A stretch of DNA of 64,000 bases from Acidobacteriota bacterium (lineage in GTDB: Bacteria; Acidobacteriota; Blastocatellia; UBA7656): contig JBFMDH010000003.1 of NCBI GenBank assembly GCA_040754075.1, positions 14,307 to 78,306 of the forward strand. Direction: 5' to 3'. How positions within the stretch are numbered: position 1 is the first letter of the stretch; every line of letters starts with the position of its first letter. Under the pieces are notes generated by a model that saw only the letters and a program-made list of their open reading frames with translations, had not been told where the DNA came from and did not search any database. Positions 29,813 to 40,369 of the stretch are shown here, piece after piece. Made by a program: the position numbers and the translations under genes.

Positions 29813-30541
29813 ATGGCGCAAGCGAAAAATCAACTCATCAACTTGACTCCAAATCACACCATGCTTACGCGCATCAGAAATGCCGCGGCGCTTTTTGAAA
29901 ATGCCGCGCCAACGGAAATTTTAGAATGGGCATTCAAACAATACGGCGACAAACTGACGATTGCCACAGGATTCGGTGTCGAAGGCATGGCGCTCATCGA
30001 CATCGCCGTAAAAATCAATCCGCAATTAAATGTGTTTTTTCTCGACACCGATTTTCTTTTTCCCGAAACTTACGCGCTGCGCGAAATCATCGAGGAACGC
30101 TATCAAATAAAAATTCAAGCTTACAAAACTGAACTGACGCCCGAAACTCAGGAAGAAATTTATGGCGCAAAGCTCTGGGCGCGTGACCCGGATTTATGTT
30201 GCCGACTAAGAAAACTTGAACCGCTCAAACAAGCCCTGCGCGATAAACTTGCCTGGGTCACTGCCATTCGCCGCGACCAGACGGCGACGCGCGCCAGTGC
30301 CCGCGTTGTCGAATGGGACGCGCGCTGGCAGTTGGTCAAAATCAATCCGCTGGCGCGCTGGACGAAGCGCGATGTGTGGAGCTATGTCGTTAGAAACCAT
30401 GTCCCCTATAACCCTCTCCATAACGAAGGCTTCACCAGCATCGGCTGTACCCATTGCACGCGCTTCGTCCGCGTCGGCGAAGAGGAACGCGCCGGTCGCT
30501 GGGCAGGACACGCGAAAACCGAATGCGGATTGCACGCCTAA
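29813..30541 (+). CDS. cysH: Adenylylsulfate/phosphoadenylylsulfate reductase, thioredoxin-dependent
   Basis: PAPS-reductase fold with the C-terminal ECGLH motif and the CC...CxxC cysteines of [4Fe-4S] APS reductases (CCRLRK...CTHCT). Confidence 0.8.
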   Translation: MAQAKNQLINLTPNHTMLTRIRNAAALFENAAPTEILEWAFKQYGDKLTIATGFGVEGMALIDIAVKINPQLNVFFLDTDFLFPETYALREIIEERYQIKIQAYKTELTPETQEEIYGAKLWARDPDLCCRLRKLEPLKQALRDKLAWVTAIRRDQTATRASARVVEWDARWQLVKINPLARWTKRDVWSYVVRNHVPYNPLHNEGFTSIGCTHCTRFVRVGEEERAGRWAGHAKTECGLHA

Positions 30542-30581
30542 AAATCAACCACAACCAAATAAAGAAGAGGAGATTAAATAA

Positions 30582-31181
30582 ATGAGTTCACAAGGCAATG
30601 TCATCTGGCTTACCGGGCTTTCGGGCGCGGGGAAAACCACGCTCACACAGGTTCTCAGCAAACGCTTGCGCGCCGCAGGCAAACGAGTAGAAATACTCGA
30701 TGGCGATGAGGTGCGCGAAAATCTCAGTCGCGGTCTCGGGTTTTCAAAAGCTGACCGCGATACCAACATTCATCGCATCGGTTTCGTTGCGCGTCTGCTG
30801 GCGCGAAACGGCGTGACGGTCATTGTCCCGGCAATCTCGCCTTACCGGGAGACGCGCAGCGATGTGCGCGAGTTGATTGAAAGTGATGATGTCCGATTCG
30901 TTGAAATTTTTGTGCGCTGTGATTTACCGACCTTGATTGAACGCGACGTCAAAGGTCTCTACAAAAAAGCGCTTGCCGGTGAGGTGAAAAATTTTACAGG
31001 CATCAGCGACCCCTATGAAGAACCGCTCACCCCGGACATTTTAGTTGATACGGCGCGGCAAACCCTTGAACAAAGTGAAGTAATTATTATTGCGAGGCTT
31101 GGTGAACTCGGTTTGTTCAACGATTATGCCGCGTCCCTGAACCAGTTTGCTTTGACTGAAACGACAGCAGTTCAAGGCTAA
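30582..31181 (+). CDS. cysC: Adenylylsulfate (APS) kinase
   Basis: [15 protein letters not shown] P-loop and [27 protein letters not shown]-like motifs typical of APS kinase. Confidence 0.85.
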   Translation: [199 protein letters not shown]

Positions 31182-31300
31182 GGAAAAGTTCAAAGCGTTG
31201 CTTTCAGATTAAACTTTACACCACGATTCATTTTTCTCTGACGCAACGCTTTGAACCCGTTTTTCAAACGGCGCTTCACGCGCCTTATAGCAGGCAGTTT

Positions 31301-32914
31301 ATGAGCAATATCGAAGAGATTAAAAAACGCAAAGACGGGTTAGATGTGCTCGCGGATATTTACCGTTACGCGGCGACCCAGGAGACGATTTCGCCCGATG
31401 ATGAAGCGTTGTTTCGCTGGTATGGCATCTACACCCAACGACCCGCCGAAGATGGATTCTTTATGGTTCGCACACGCATACCGGGCGGCGATTTGACGCC
31501 AACGCAGTTGCGCGTATTAGCGGAACTTGCCGAACATCATGGTCGCGGGCTTGCCGATATTACGGTGCGTCAGAATATTCAATATCACTGGGTGCGGGTT
31601 GAGAGTTTGCCGATAATTCTTGATCGGTTGCGCGAAGTCGGGTTATCAACCACAGAAGCTTGCGGCGATTGTGTTCGCAATATTTTGAACTGTCCGGTGT
31701 CGGGCGTCGATAGCGAAGAACTCTATGACACCACGCCGCTCATCAAAGCGGTGAATGAATTTTTCATCGACAATAAAGATTTCTCAAACCTGCCGCGCAA
31801 ATTCAAAATCGCCATCACCGGCTGCGCCTACGCTTGCGTCTATCCCGAAATCAATGACATCGGCATTTTCGCAGTTCGTGATGAACAAGGCGAAGTCGCA
31901 TTTCGCGCCCGCGTTGGCGGCGGGTTGTCAACCACGCCGCGATTCTCGAAAGATTTGGGTGTGCTGGTCGCGCCCGATGAAGTGGTCGATTTATGCGCGG
32001 CGGTGGCGACGGTTTTTCGCGACGAAGGCAATCGCAAAAATCGCAAACGGGCGCGCTTGAAATTTTTAGTTGAAGAGTGGCAAATCCCGCGCTTTCGCGA
32101 AGCCGTTGAACGGGTGATGGGGCGAAAACTCCGTCGCGCCGCAACGCCTGAAGCCGAACCCATTCAAGAGCGCGACCGCTCGCATCTCGGCATCCACCGG
32201 CAACGCGAAAACGGCTTGTATTATGTGGGGATTTCGATACTCGGCGGCAGAACCAATGCTTGTGAACTCAGGCGGCTTGCCGATTTAGCTGAACAGTTTG
32301 GCAGCGGCAGAATCCGCACCACCAACACGCAAAATATTTTGCTGCTCGACATTCCCGAAAAAAATATATTGGCGCTCACACAGCAACTCGACCTCAGCGG
32401 TTTCGATTATCAACCGAACTGGGCGCGCAAAGGCATGATTGCCTGCACCGGCATTCAGTTTTGCAAACTGGCAATTGCCGAAACCAAAAATCGCGCGAAG
32501 CAATTGGATGAATACCTTTCCGAACATGTCGAACTCACGGACAGCGTGCGCATCAGCGTGACGGGTTGTCCGAACTCTTGCGGGCAACATCATATTTGCG
32601 ATGTTGGACTCGAAGGCTCGCTCGTGCAAATCGGCGGCGTGAAGAAAGAAGCTTTTCAAATCTTTTTAGGCGGCGGCGTCGGCAGACATGAATCCTTCGG
32701 CAGACGCATAGGGGTTCGCGTGCTTGCCGATGATTTGGGCGAATCGCTTGGACGGCTCTTTGCGCGTTATAACGATGAGCGCGTCGGGCAAGAAACCTTT
32801 CAGGAATTCTGTCTGCGTCACAGCGATGAAAAATTGACGGAATTTCTAGCGGCTTCACCCCCAACGATTAATCCATCGTGCGCCGCGATTGAATCCCAGC
32901 CTGCACCGGTTTGA
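31301..32914 (+). CDS. sir: Assimilatory sulfite reductase (ferredoxin-dependent, siroheme/[4Fe-4S] hemoprotein)
   Basis: Nitrite/sulfite reductase ferredoxin-like half-domains, with cluster/siroheme cysteines in TGCAYACVYPEINDIG and TGCPNSCGQHHICDVGL. Confidence 0.8.
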   Translation: MSNIEEIKKRKDGLDVLADIYRYAATQETISPDDEALFRWYGIYTQRPAEDGFFMVRTRIPGGDLTPTQLRVLAELAEHHGRGLADITVRQNIQYHWVRVESLPIILDRLREVGLSTTEACGDCVRNILNCPVSGVDSEELYDTTPLIKAVNEFFIDNKDFSNLPRKFKIAITGCAYACVYPEINDIGIFAVRDEQGEVAFRARVGGGLSTTPRFSKDLGVLVAPDEVVDLCAAVATVFRDEGNRKNRKRARLKFLVEEWQIPRFREAVERVMGRKLRRAATPEAEPIQERDRSHLGIHRQRENGLYYVGISILGGRTNACELRRLADLAEQFGSGRIRTTNTQNILLLDIPEKNILALTQQLDLSGFDYQPNWARKGMIACTGIQFCKLAIAETKNRAKQLDEYLSEHVELTDSVRISVTGCPNSCGQHHICDVGLEGSLVQIGGVKKEAFQIFLGGGVGRHESFGRRIGVRVLADDLGESLGRLFARYNDERVGQETFQEFCLRHSDEKLTEFLAASPPTINPSCAAIESQPAPV

Positions 32915-33124
32915 AAGTCTGAGGACAGGTATTTCTATAAAGCTGCCATCGCGGTTTACCCGCTTGGGTTTGGTAGATGGGGGCACCAGAAACTTGCCAG
33001 TCGCTGATGGTTTAATGCGGACTTTCGCACAGCCGCCTTAACTTTTTGGGTAACATTTCCCAACTGAGGATGAAATTGTGAAGCGATGACGCGGCTTACC
33101 TGGTTTCAAGAGGTTGCTGATAAC

Positions 33125-33150
33125 CCGGCGGGCTTTTTGTAAACTGCGGG
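33125..33150 (+). terminator. Possible terminator of the cys operon
   Basis: AACCCGGCGGGCTTTTT, a GC-rich palindrome followed by a T-run. Weak. Confidence 0.3.
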
Positions 33151-33515
33151 TTGATGGTGAAGCGACTGCGGACATCGGCATTCTCGATAAATTCAATGAC
33201 CGGGGGATTCGATTAACCTACCGATTTTTTTTGATTTTCTCCGGCTTTCTTCATTGCAAAACCAACTTGCCCGGTTATTTGTCGCCCGCTGGCGCGCAAA
33301 AAAGACTGCGCTTATTGACCATCCGTTATCAAAATCCACGATAGTTTGCAGGGTTTTCCGGCAGGCAAATTTAAATTTTTGGCGGCATATCACTTGCTTA
33401 AATTTTTAGGCACGTTTTCAACACCTCTCAAACAATCCATCGTCTGTGAGTCAAGCGGGGCAATCACTCATGAAACGACTGTTGACCTGGCGATGAGACT
33501 AAGGAGAATCCGCAA

Positions 33516-34985
33516 ATGCAAGCGCAACCGTCAATTCTCACTTGCCCGAATGGACATCGCAATCCACCGATTGAAGGCGGGGTGTTTTGTCCGACCTGCG
33601 GAGGTCAACTGGTAGCGGTTGCGCCGCCAGACGCTACTGCTCGACCACAGCCGCCTTTCAATACTCCCCCGCAATTTTATAACCGGACGCCGAATTTTCC
33701 GCCGCCAATGAATTATCAACCGCCGCAATGGTATGCGCCGAATATGGCGGGACAGAATTTTGCTCAAGGGTTTTGTCAGTTTTGTGGCGGCAATGGCGCA
33801 AGACTCGCTCCCCATCTGATGGTCTGTCCCGATTGTCATTGGTTGCGCCCGCTCGTTCCCGGATATGCTTTGGATTGTTCGGTATTTCAATGGGCACAGG
33901 ATGGTGCGGCAATGGCGAAGCTGCGCTCACTCAGCCCGCTCAACGCCGCCGCCCGCACGGTTTCCGATAAAGTCGGGCGGCGTTGGATAGAGACAACTTT
34001 CAATGCCATTCAATTGAGCGATAAACAATTGCCGGCGGTTTATCAGCAAGCGGTGCTGGCGGCGCGGATTCTCGCACTCCCGTTTATGCCGGAAGTTTAC
34101 GTTTCCGGCGACCGGATGTGGGATGCTGCAACCTATGGCAGCGACACCAGCGCCTTCGTAATCATCGGCACAGCTCTGGTCACCAATTTTCAAGGAAAAG
34201 ATTTATTGTTTATGCTGGCGCGCGAAATGGGACATTGCCGCGCCGGTCACGCGCTCTGGAAAACTGTCATCCGATTTTTACTCGGTGAACAAAGTCCCAG
34301 ACGCGGCATGATGGCTGGCGGCTTGCTGGCGAATTTGAATCTTTCCCATCTGGTCGAAGGAGCCGTCGAATTGCCGTTACTGGCTTGGGCGCGACAATCC
34401 GAAATTACTGCCGACCGCGCCGGATTGCTTGCAGTTATGGACGAAGAAATTGCCCGCCGCGTGCTGTTGACCTGGTATCTCAAATCGGCTCAGTTGATTC
34501 GCCAAATCAATATGGAGGCGTGGCTGGAACAGGAAGCCGATAGCGATGACCAGATGACGAAATTGTCCGAGATGACTTCATCATCTACGCCATACATTAC
34601 GCGCCGCCTCAAACTGTTGACCCAATTTGCTCGCAGCCCCGAAATGGAAAACTGGCGCGCAAGAATGCGTGGCATCATTGCGCCGCCGCCTGTGCCGCGT
34701 GCACAGCGTCCGCCGTTAATTGCGCAAGGCAACCAACCTGCGCCTGCAAGTCCGGCAGTTGCGCCGCCACAAACCAAACCCGCAGATGATGCGCTTCGCA
34801 TCATCTGTTCAGCCTGTCGCACACCGATGCGCATTCCGCGCAGCGCGCTTGCAGGCAAAGCCGCTTTGAATGTGCGTTGTCCGAACGCTCAATGCGCCAA
34901 AATCGTTACCTTGAAAAAGCAACCTGCGCCGCCTCAACCTGTGGCGACTCCAAATAAGGAAGCCGAATCGGAAGTTGATTCATAA
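33516..34985 (+). CDS. Zinc-ribbon-flanked M48-like (HtpX/BepA-fold) protein with a degenerate HExxH (R-E-M-G-H)
   Basis: AGGAGA SD. N-terminal double zinc ribbon (CPNGH...CPTCGG; CQFCGG...CPDCHW). Central region ...FMLAREMGHCRAGH... plus downstream SEITADRAGL matches the M48 pattern AHExxHxxxxH...ExxADxxG, except the first His is Arg. C-terminal zinc ribbon CSACRT...CPNAQC, preceded by Pro-rich linkers. Confidence 0.5.
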   Translation: MQAQPSILTCPNGHRNPPIEGGVFCPTCGGQLVAVAPPDATARPQPPFNTPPQFYNRTPNFPPPMNYQPPQWYAPNMAGQNFAQGFCQFCGGNGARLAPHLMVCPDCHWLRPLVPGYALDCSVFQWAQDGAAMAKLRSLSPLNAAARTVSDKVGRRWIETTFNAIQLSDKQLPAVYQQAVLAARILALPFMPEVYVSGDRMWDAATYGSDTSAFVIIGTALVTNFQGKDLLFMLAREMGHCRAGHALWKTVIRFLLGEQSPRRGMMAGGLLANLNLSHLVEGAVELPLLAWARQSEITADRAGLLAVMDEEIARRVLLTWYLKSAQLIRQINMEAWLEQEADSDDQMTKLSEMTSSSTPYITRRLKLLTQFARSPEMENWRARMRGIIAPPPVPRAQRPPLIAQGNQPAPASPAVAPPQTKPADDALRIICSACRTPMRIPRSALAGKAALNVRCPNAQCAKIVTLKKQPAPPQPVATPNKEAESEVDS

Positions 34986-35011
34986 GGCTTTGCAGAAAAG
35001 GAGAATTTACC

Positions 35012-36169
35012 ATGAACTCTGATGAAACCATCGTCGTTACAGAAATCCCTGTAACGGATGCCAATCCGGCGGTCATTGAAATCATCACCGCTAAGCCCGA
35101 CACTCAGGCAACAGTAACCAACGAAACTGACACACCGGCGATTGTCGAGGCGATTCAGGATGTGATTGAAGCGATTACCGGTGATGATGCCAACCCGGAT
35201 ATAGCCGGTTATGTCATCGTTGATGCGGAGAGCGCCGAACCGGCGATTGCCGCTTTGTCAGTCGAAGAAGCGGAAAGTGAAAATCTGACCGCCGAAGAGG
35301 CTGGCGAAGTGGCGGAAATCTCTGTTGATAGCGCCGCAGAGGTCGCGCCTGTCATTGACCAGGCGTCAACGATGGATGCCGGACTTTACGTTGCCGGTGA
35401 AGCGACCGATACCATAGAACCAATAAATACCGATGAAGTGATTGCACAACCTGAATCGGTCAACGAAAGCGCCACGGAACCGACGGAAGCAGACCTTGAA
35501 ACTGCTGAAGCCCAGGCTCATGCGCAAGCGGCTGACGAAGCCCAAGCCCGCGCCGATGCAGACATCGAAGCAGGCGATTATCGCGCCGCGGCAGAAGAAC
35601 GCGAGATTGCCGAAAACGAAGCGTGGGCGGCGGTCGATAGCGATATGTTGCATGGCGAAAGTTCCTATCGTCTGGAAAGCGCCGCAGACGAACAAGCCGA
35701 AGGTAAGTATTGGGAGCAGGAGGAAGCCAAACACGCTGAGGCGGGCGATTATGAAGCCGCCCGCGAGGATGCTTCACGCGCCGCAGATGCCATCGGCTGG
35801 GCGGATTATTACGCCGGCGGTGATGACCACAGTGGACAGGCGCGCGCCGAGTACGAAAAAGAAGACTGGGCAGTTTGGGAACAAAATCAGGCGGATGCTG
35901 ATCGACAGGAAGCGGTCAATTACGCCGAGAGCGGCAATTTTGAAAACGCCGCGCAATATGCAGAATATGCCGCAGAGCATCAGGAACAGGCAGATACCTA
36001 TGGACAAGAGGGCGAACATGACGCCGTCGGTGCAGTGTATGATCCGTCTTCGGATGTCGCAGAAGATACGCCCGTCGATGCGCCCGATACTTCTTATGAC
36101 ACCTATGATACGACGACCACCGATTACGCAAGCGATACGTCTTATGATGCGGGCGAATCCGATTATTGA
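35012..36169 (+). CDS. Hyperacidic, low-complexity, predicted intrinsically disordered protein (385 aa)
   Basis: AGGAGA SD, starting 27 nt after the preceding stop. Extreme D/E/A/T/Y bias with no hydrophobic segment and a Tyr-rich C-terminal tail DTSYDTYDTTTTDYASDTSYDAGESDY. The in-phase opposite-frame ORFs here are artefacts of the GAN-rich composition. Confidence 0.5.
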   Translation: MNSDETIVVTEIPVTDANPAVIEIITAKPDTQATVTNETDTPAIVEAIQDVIEAITGDDANPDIAGYVIVDAESAEPAIAALSVEEAESENLTAEEAGEVAEISVDSAAEVAPVIDQASTMDAGLYVAGEATDTIEPINTDEVIAQPESVNESATEPTEADLETAEAQAHAQAADEAQARADADIEAGDYRAAAEEREIAENEAWAAVDSDMLHGESSYRLESAADEQAEGKYWEQEEAKHAEAGDYEAAREDASRAADAIGWADYYAGGDDHSGQARAEYEKEDWAVWEQNQADADRQEAVNYAESGNFENAAQYAEYAAEHQEQADTYGQEGEHDAVGAVYDPSSDVAEDTPVDAPDTSYDTYDTTTTDYASDTSYDAGESDY

Positions 36170-36324
36170 TTCAACCCGAAAAGCTGCGTAGACGAGAAAA
36201 TGATTGGCAACGCGAATCGTTGACGATTGCTTTTACTCAGCGCCCGTTGAGCAAGCGGTCTTTTCAACGACGCGGTCATAGACCGCTGGTTCAACCTCAG
36301 TCAATGATTTTGGCAAGCGGCTCT

Positions 36325-36365
36325 AAAAAACCTTGAGTTGTTGGAAAACCTCAAGGTTTTAAAAG
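36325..36365. terminator. Bidirectional stem-loop between the acidic-protein gene and mutY
   Basis: AAAAAACCTTGAG-ttgttggaaa-ACCTCAAGGTTTTAAAAG: a palindrome with A/T runs on both sides. Confidence 0.45.
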
Positions 36366-36448
36366 TGCAGACCTGATATTGAAGTGTTGAGAGGCGCGCA
36401 AACTTCTGCCATCGGGGTGCGAAGTACCTTGCAAACAGCTTTCATCGG

Positions 36449-37561
36449 TTAAGCATCGATGCGCCGCAAATCTTCGATGATTTTTTTATTAGCTTTGGGA
36501 AACGCATAATTTTCGAGGTCGGCGAATTTGACCCAGCGAATTTTTTGACTGGTCTTGGGACGGGCTTTGCCGCTCACATACCGACAATGAAAAGCATGCA
36601 GGGTGATGCGAAAGTGAGTGAATGAATGTTGCACCACCGAAAAGCGTTCGCCGACTTCGACGACAATGCCGGTCTCTTCCAGCATCTCGCGGGCGCAACA
36701 AGCTTCGAGCCGTTCTTCGGGTTTGAGTTTACCGCCGGGAAATTCCCAGAGATTGCCAAGCAAGCCTTCCGACGGGCGCAAAGCGATCAGGACTTTGCCA
36801 TCTTTATGTACGACACCGATGACGATTTGATGATGCGGGATGGCGGCTTTCTTTGATTTGCGCGGAAATTCAGCGAGACGATTTTCATGATAGGCGCGAC
36901 AATACGGACGAATCGGGCAACCTTCACACGCCGGATTTTTCGGGCGGCAAATCAATGCGCCGAGTTCCATCATCGCTTCATTAAACTTTCCGGCGCGACC
37001 CATCGGAACCAGGGAATCGGCGATGCGCTGAAATTCGCGTTTGGCGGCGGGTTTGCGAATGTCCGATTCGATGACCAGCACTCTTGAGAGCACGCGCATC
37101 ACATTGCCATCAACCGCCGCATAGTCTTGGTTGAATGCGAGACTCGCGACGCTTGCGGCGGTGTACACGCCAAACCCTTTCAACTCTAAAAGCGCCTCGC
37201 GTGAAGCGGGCAACTCACTGTGATGTTTTTCGACAATCACGCGCGCCGCGTCGCGCAGGTTGCGGGCGCGCGCATAGTAACCAAGCCCTTCCCAGGCTTT
37301 CATCAACACCGTGTCTTTAGCTCGCGCCAAAGACTTAACATCAGGAAAAGTTTTTAAGAAGCGTTCGTAAAACGGGATGACGGTGGCGACTTGCGTTTGT
37401 TGCAACATCACTTCGGCAATCCATATTTGGTAGGGGTCGCGTGTCTGTCGCCACGGCAAATCGCGTTTATGTTTTTCAAACCACGCGAGCAACGCTTCGA
37501 TGAATTTTTTCTTGTTGAATTTTTTCGGTGGCGGCAGCGTCGTGCTCATTTTCCTTTTCAC
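36449..37561 (-). CDS. mutY: A/G-specific adenine DNA glycosylase with C-terminal NUDIX-like domain
   Basis: HhH-GPD motif (LPGVGRYTA-like FGVYTAASVASL), [4Fe-4S] cysteines CxxxxxxCxxC...C (CRPKNPACEGCPIRPYC), and C-terminal MutT-like residues. Confidence 0.85.
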   Translation of the reverse strand: MKRKMSTTLPPPKKFNKKKFIEALLAWFEKHKRDLPWRQTRDPYQIWIAEVMLQQTQVATVIPFYERFLKTFPDVKSLARAKDTVLMKAWEGLGYYARARNLRDAARVIVEKHHSELPASREALLELKGFGVYTAASVASLAFNQDYAAVDGNVMRVLSRVLVIESDIRKPAAKREFQRIADSLVPMGRAGKFNEAMMELGALICRPKNPACEGCPIRPYCRAYHENRLAEFPRKSKKAAIPHHQIVIGVVHKDGKVLIALRPSEGLLGNLWEFPGGKLKPEERLEACCAREMLEETGIVVEVGERFSVVQHSFTHFRITLHAFHCRYVSGKARPKTSQKIRWVKFADLENYAFPKANKKIIEDLRRIDA

Positions 37562-37705
37562 TTCTTAGGATGTGATGAAACTGGAGTTTAGCGAACCCGC
37601 GCCGGGCAAACAAATGTGTCCGTATCGCCGGTGGCAGCAGGCAGGTTTATTGGCAAACAAACCCACCCGCTACCGCAAGCTATATGAACATTGTAGTATC
37701 TTCCT

Positions 37706-38530
37706 ATGCCTGAACTTCCTGAAGTTGAAACCGTGCGCCGCTCTTTGGAGTTGTTGTTGCCTGCAAGAACCATTGTTGAGATTTCGGTGCGTGAGCCGCG
37801 ATTGCGCGTGACGGTTGACGAAGACCGATTGAATGAATTGATTTTGCAACGCCAGGTCGAACGCCTCACGCGGCGCGCAAAATATCTCATCGTGCATTTC
37901 ACCGAGGGCAGTTGTTTGATTTTGCATTTAGGGATGACCGGACAACTGCTTATCCTTTCGGCGCACGAGCCGCTCGATAAACATGACCATGTCATTTTAA
38001 CTCTCGATAATGGATTGCATCTGCGCTTTCGCGACCCGCGCCGATTCGGTTGTGTCATCGCCATTGAACAGAGCCAACTTGATGAACACGCGACGCTCAG
38101 ACAACTCGGCGTCGAGCCGCTTTTGGAAAATTTCACTCCTGAATATTTATTCCGCCGTTCGCGTAAATCGAAAAAGCCGGTGAAGAATTTCATTATGGAT
38201 CAGCAAATCGTTGTCGGAGTGGGCAACATTTACGCCAGCGAAGCGCTGTTTCTGGCGGGCATTCATCCATTGCGCGAGGCCGGACGCATCACGCTCAAGC
38301 GTTATGAAAAACTGCACGCGGCAATTATTCAAGTTTTACAGGAAGCCATCGCGCTTGGCGGCACGACGATAGATGATTTTCGCAACAGCGACGGAACGAG
38401 CGGTTACTTTCAACAAAAACTGCGCGTTTATGGGCGCAAAGGCGAACCTTGTCCCAGTTGTCAAACCCCGATTCGCTCGCAAGTGCTTGCCGGTCGTTCG
38501 ACCTTCTTTTGCCCTAAGTGTCAGCGGTGA
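37706..38530 (+). CDS. mutM: Formamidopyrimidine-DNA glycosylase
   Basis: N-terminal MPELPEVETVRR (catalytic Pro2/Glu3), H2TH domain, and C-terminal zinc finger CPSCQTPI...CPKCQ. Confidence 0.9.
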   Translation: MPELPEVETVRRSLELLLPARTIVEISVREPRLRVTVDEDRLNELILQRQVERLTRRAKYLIVHFTEGSCLILHLGMTGQLLILSAHEPLDKHDHVILTLDNGLHLRFRDPRRFGCVIAIEQSQLDEHATLRQLGVEPLLENFTPEYLFRRSRKSKKPVKNFIMDQQIVVGVGNIYASEALFLAGIHPLREAGRITLKRYEKLHAAIIQVLQEAIALGGTTIDDFRNSDGTSGYFQQKLRVYGRKGEPCPSCQTPIRSQVLAGRSTFFCPKCQR

Positions 38531-38810
38531 GTATTTCTATTTTCGCACCGTTGAAATGCGAATAAGGCTGCAAAATTCTGTTTGAAACATTCAGCCACCC
38601 TTGCTTGTTTCATAATGCTTTGTGGTTGCTCGGCATTAGACCGCAGAGATAGTAATGCCAGGATAAGTTATTGAGAGAAAAACGCTTCAAGCGAATCGCT
38701 TATCACTTGATAAAAACAATCTATTTGCCCGCTCAATAAAACAGTGTTATTCATTCAACGACCAAAACTTCCGGGCAGGCTGTGTCAATCCTTTCACAAA
38801 CGGTGAATGA

Positions 38811-40364
38811 ATGGCTGAGAGAATAAAAGTATTCGATACGACGCTACGTGATGGTGAACAATCGCCGGGTTGCAGTATGAATCTCGAAGAAAAGCTGCGT
38901 CTTGCACACCAACTCGACACCCTTGGCGTGGATGTTATCGAAGCCGGATTCCCAATTGCCTCAGACGATGATTTTGCGGCAGTTCGCGAAATTGCGCGAC
39001 AGGTTCGCCGTCCGATTATTGCAGCCCTGGCGCGCGCCACTCGCGAAGACATCGAACGCGCCTGGGAAGCTTTACAGGAAGCCGCCCGCCCACGCATTCA
39101 CACATTCCTTGCCACTTCCGATATTCATCTGACCGCTAAATTAAAAATCACCCGCGAAGAATGTCTGGCGCGCATTGCCGAATCGGTCGCCTTAGCCAAA
39201 AGTTTTACCGATGACGTCGAATTCTCAACCGAAGATGCAACCCGCACCGACCTCGACTTTTTAGTTGAAGCCGTCAGCGCCGCCGTCAAAGCCGGTGCCA
39301 CAACCGTGAATATCCCGGACACCGTTGGGTACACCATTCCACGCGAATACGCGCATATCATCAAGACGCTTCGCGAACGTGTCGAAGGCATCGAAAAAGT
39401 CACCATCTCTGTGCATTGTCATAATGATTTGGGAATGGCAGTTGCCAATTCGCTCGCGGCTATCGAAGCCGGAGCCAGACAAATCGAATGCACCATCAAT
39501 GGCATAGGTGAACGCGCCGGTAACGCTTCACTGGAAGAATTAGCGATGGCGCTCAATGTTCGCAAAGATTTGCTCGCCTATGAGACCGGCATTAACACGA
39601 CGGAAATTTATCGCAGCAGTCAGATGTTATCGAACATCACGGGTATTCCGGTGCAACCCAATAAAGCCATTGTCGGACGCAATGCTTTTGCGCACGAAGC
39701 CGGAATTCATCAACACGGGGTCATCGCCGATAAGTTGACTTATGAAATCATGAAGCCTGAAACCGTTGGCGTAAAACAAAGCGTCCTGGTGTTAGGCAAA
39801 CATTCCGGGCGTCACGCTTTGCAAAAACGTTATGAAGAGATGGGCTATGTGTTGACCCGAATTGAACTCGATAAAGCCTACAAACTCTTCACTATGCTTG
39901 CCGACCAGAAGAAAGATATTTACGACGAAGACCTGGTCGTCATTCTGCAAGATGGTCTGCGCGAAATTCCCGAAACCTTTAAACTGCGAAATGTTGAAGC
40001 GCTCGCCGGAACCACCAAAGATTCGTGGGCAACTGTGACCCTCGAACGCGATGAACAGGCGATGTCACGCAGCGCACACGCCGGAGGTCCGGTGGCTGCG
40101 GCTTACGCGGCAATTGATTTTCTTACGGGAACAAATCCCACACTGATTGATTACGAAGTGCGCTCAGTAACCGGCGGAGCCGATGCCGTGGGCGAAGTTT
40201 TTACGCACATTGAAATTGATGAAAAAACCTTCACGGGTCGCGCTGCTTCCACAGATGTTGTTGAAGCCAGCGCCCGCGCTTATTTGCATGCCATCAACAA
40301 AGCTCTGCACGCGCGCAGTTTGAATGCGCCTAAGAAAAAGAGCTTTGCAGGAGCAGCGGATTAA
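38811..40364 (+). CDS. leuA: 2-isopropylmalate synthase (or closely related citramalate synthase)
   Basis: [16 protein letters not shown] and [21 protein letters not shown] motifs of the HMGL-like DRE-TIM fold, with a C-terminal LeuA dimerisation/regulatory domain. 517 aa. Confidence 0.8.
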   Translation: MAERIKVFDTTLRDGEQSPGCSMNLEEKLRLAHQLDTLGVDVIEAGFPIASDDDFAAVREIARQVRRPIIAALARATREDIERAWEALQEAARPRIHTFLATSDIHLTAKLKITREECLARIAESVALAKSFTDDVEFSTEDATRTDLDFLVEAVSAAVKAGATTVNIPDTVGYTIPREYAHIIKTLRERVEGIEKVTISVHCHNDLGMAVANSLAAIEAGARQIECTINGIGERAGNASLEELAMALNVRKDLLAYETGINTTEIYRSSQMLSNITGIPVQPNKAIVGRNAFAHEAGIHQHGVIADKLTYEIMKPETVGVKQSVLVLGKHSGRHALQKRYEEMGYVLTRIELDKAYKLFTMLADQKKDIYDEDLVVILQDGLREIPETFKLRNVEALAGTTKDSWATVTLERDEQAMSRSAHAGGPVAAAYAAIDFLTGTNPTLIDYEVRSVTGGADAVGEVFTHIEIDEKTFTGRAASTDVVEASARAYLHAINKALHARSLNAPKKKSFAGAAD

Positions 40365-40369
40365 AAGAA

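Noticed and set aside
35442-36191. 249-aa basic ORF (+ strand, alternative frame) and antisense ORFs overlapping the hyperacidic protein gene
   Set aside because: These are frame-shifted shadows of a GAN/GCN-rich coding sequence. The composition (R/K/P-rich) is the predictable out-of-frame product, and there is no SD.
38531-38810. Leucine-rich leader peptide upstream of leuA
   Set aside because: All small ORFs in this gap were translated by eye and none is enriched in Leu/Ile/Val codons. Only a short GCGAATCGC hairpin is present.
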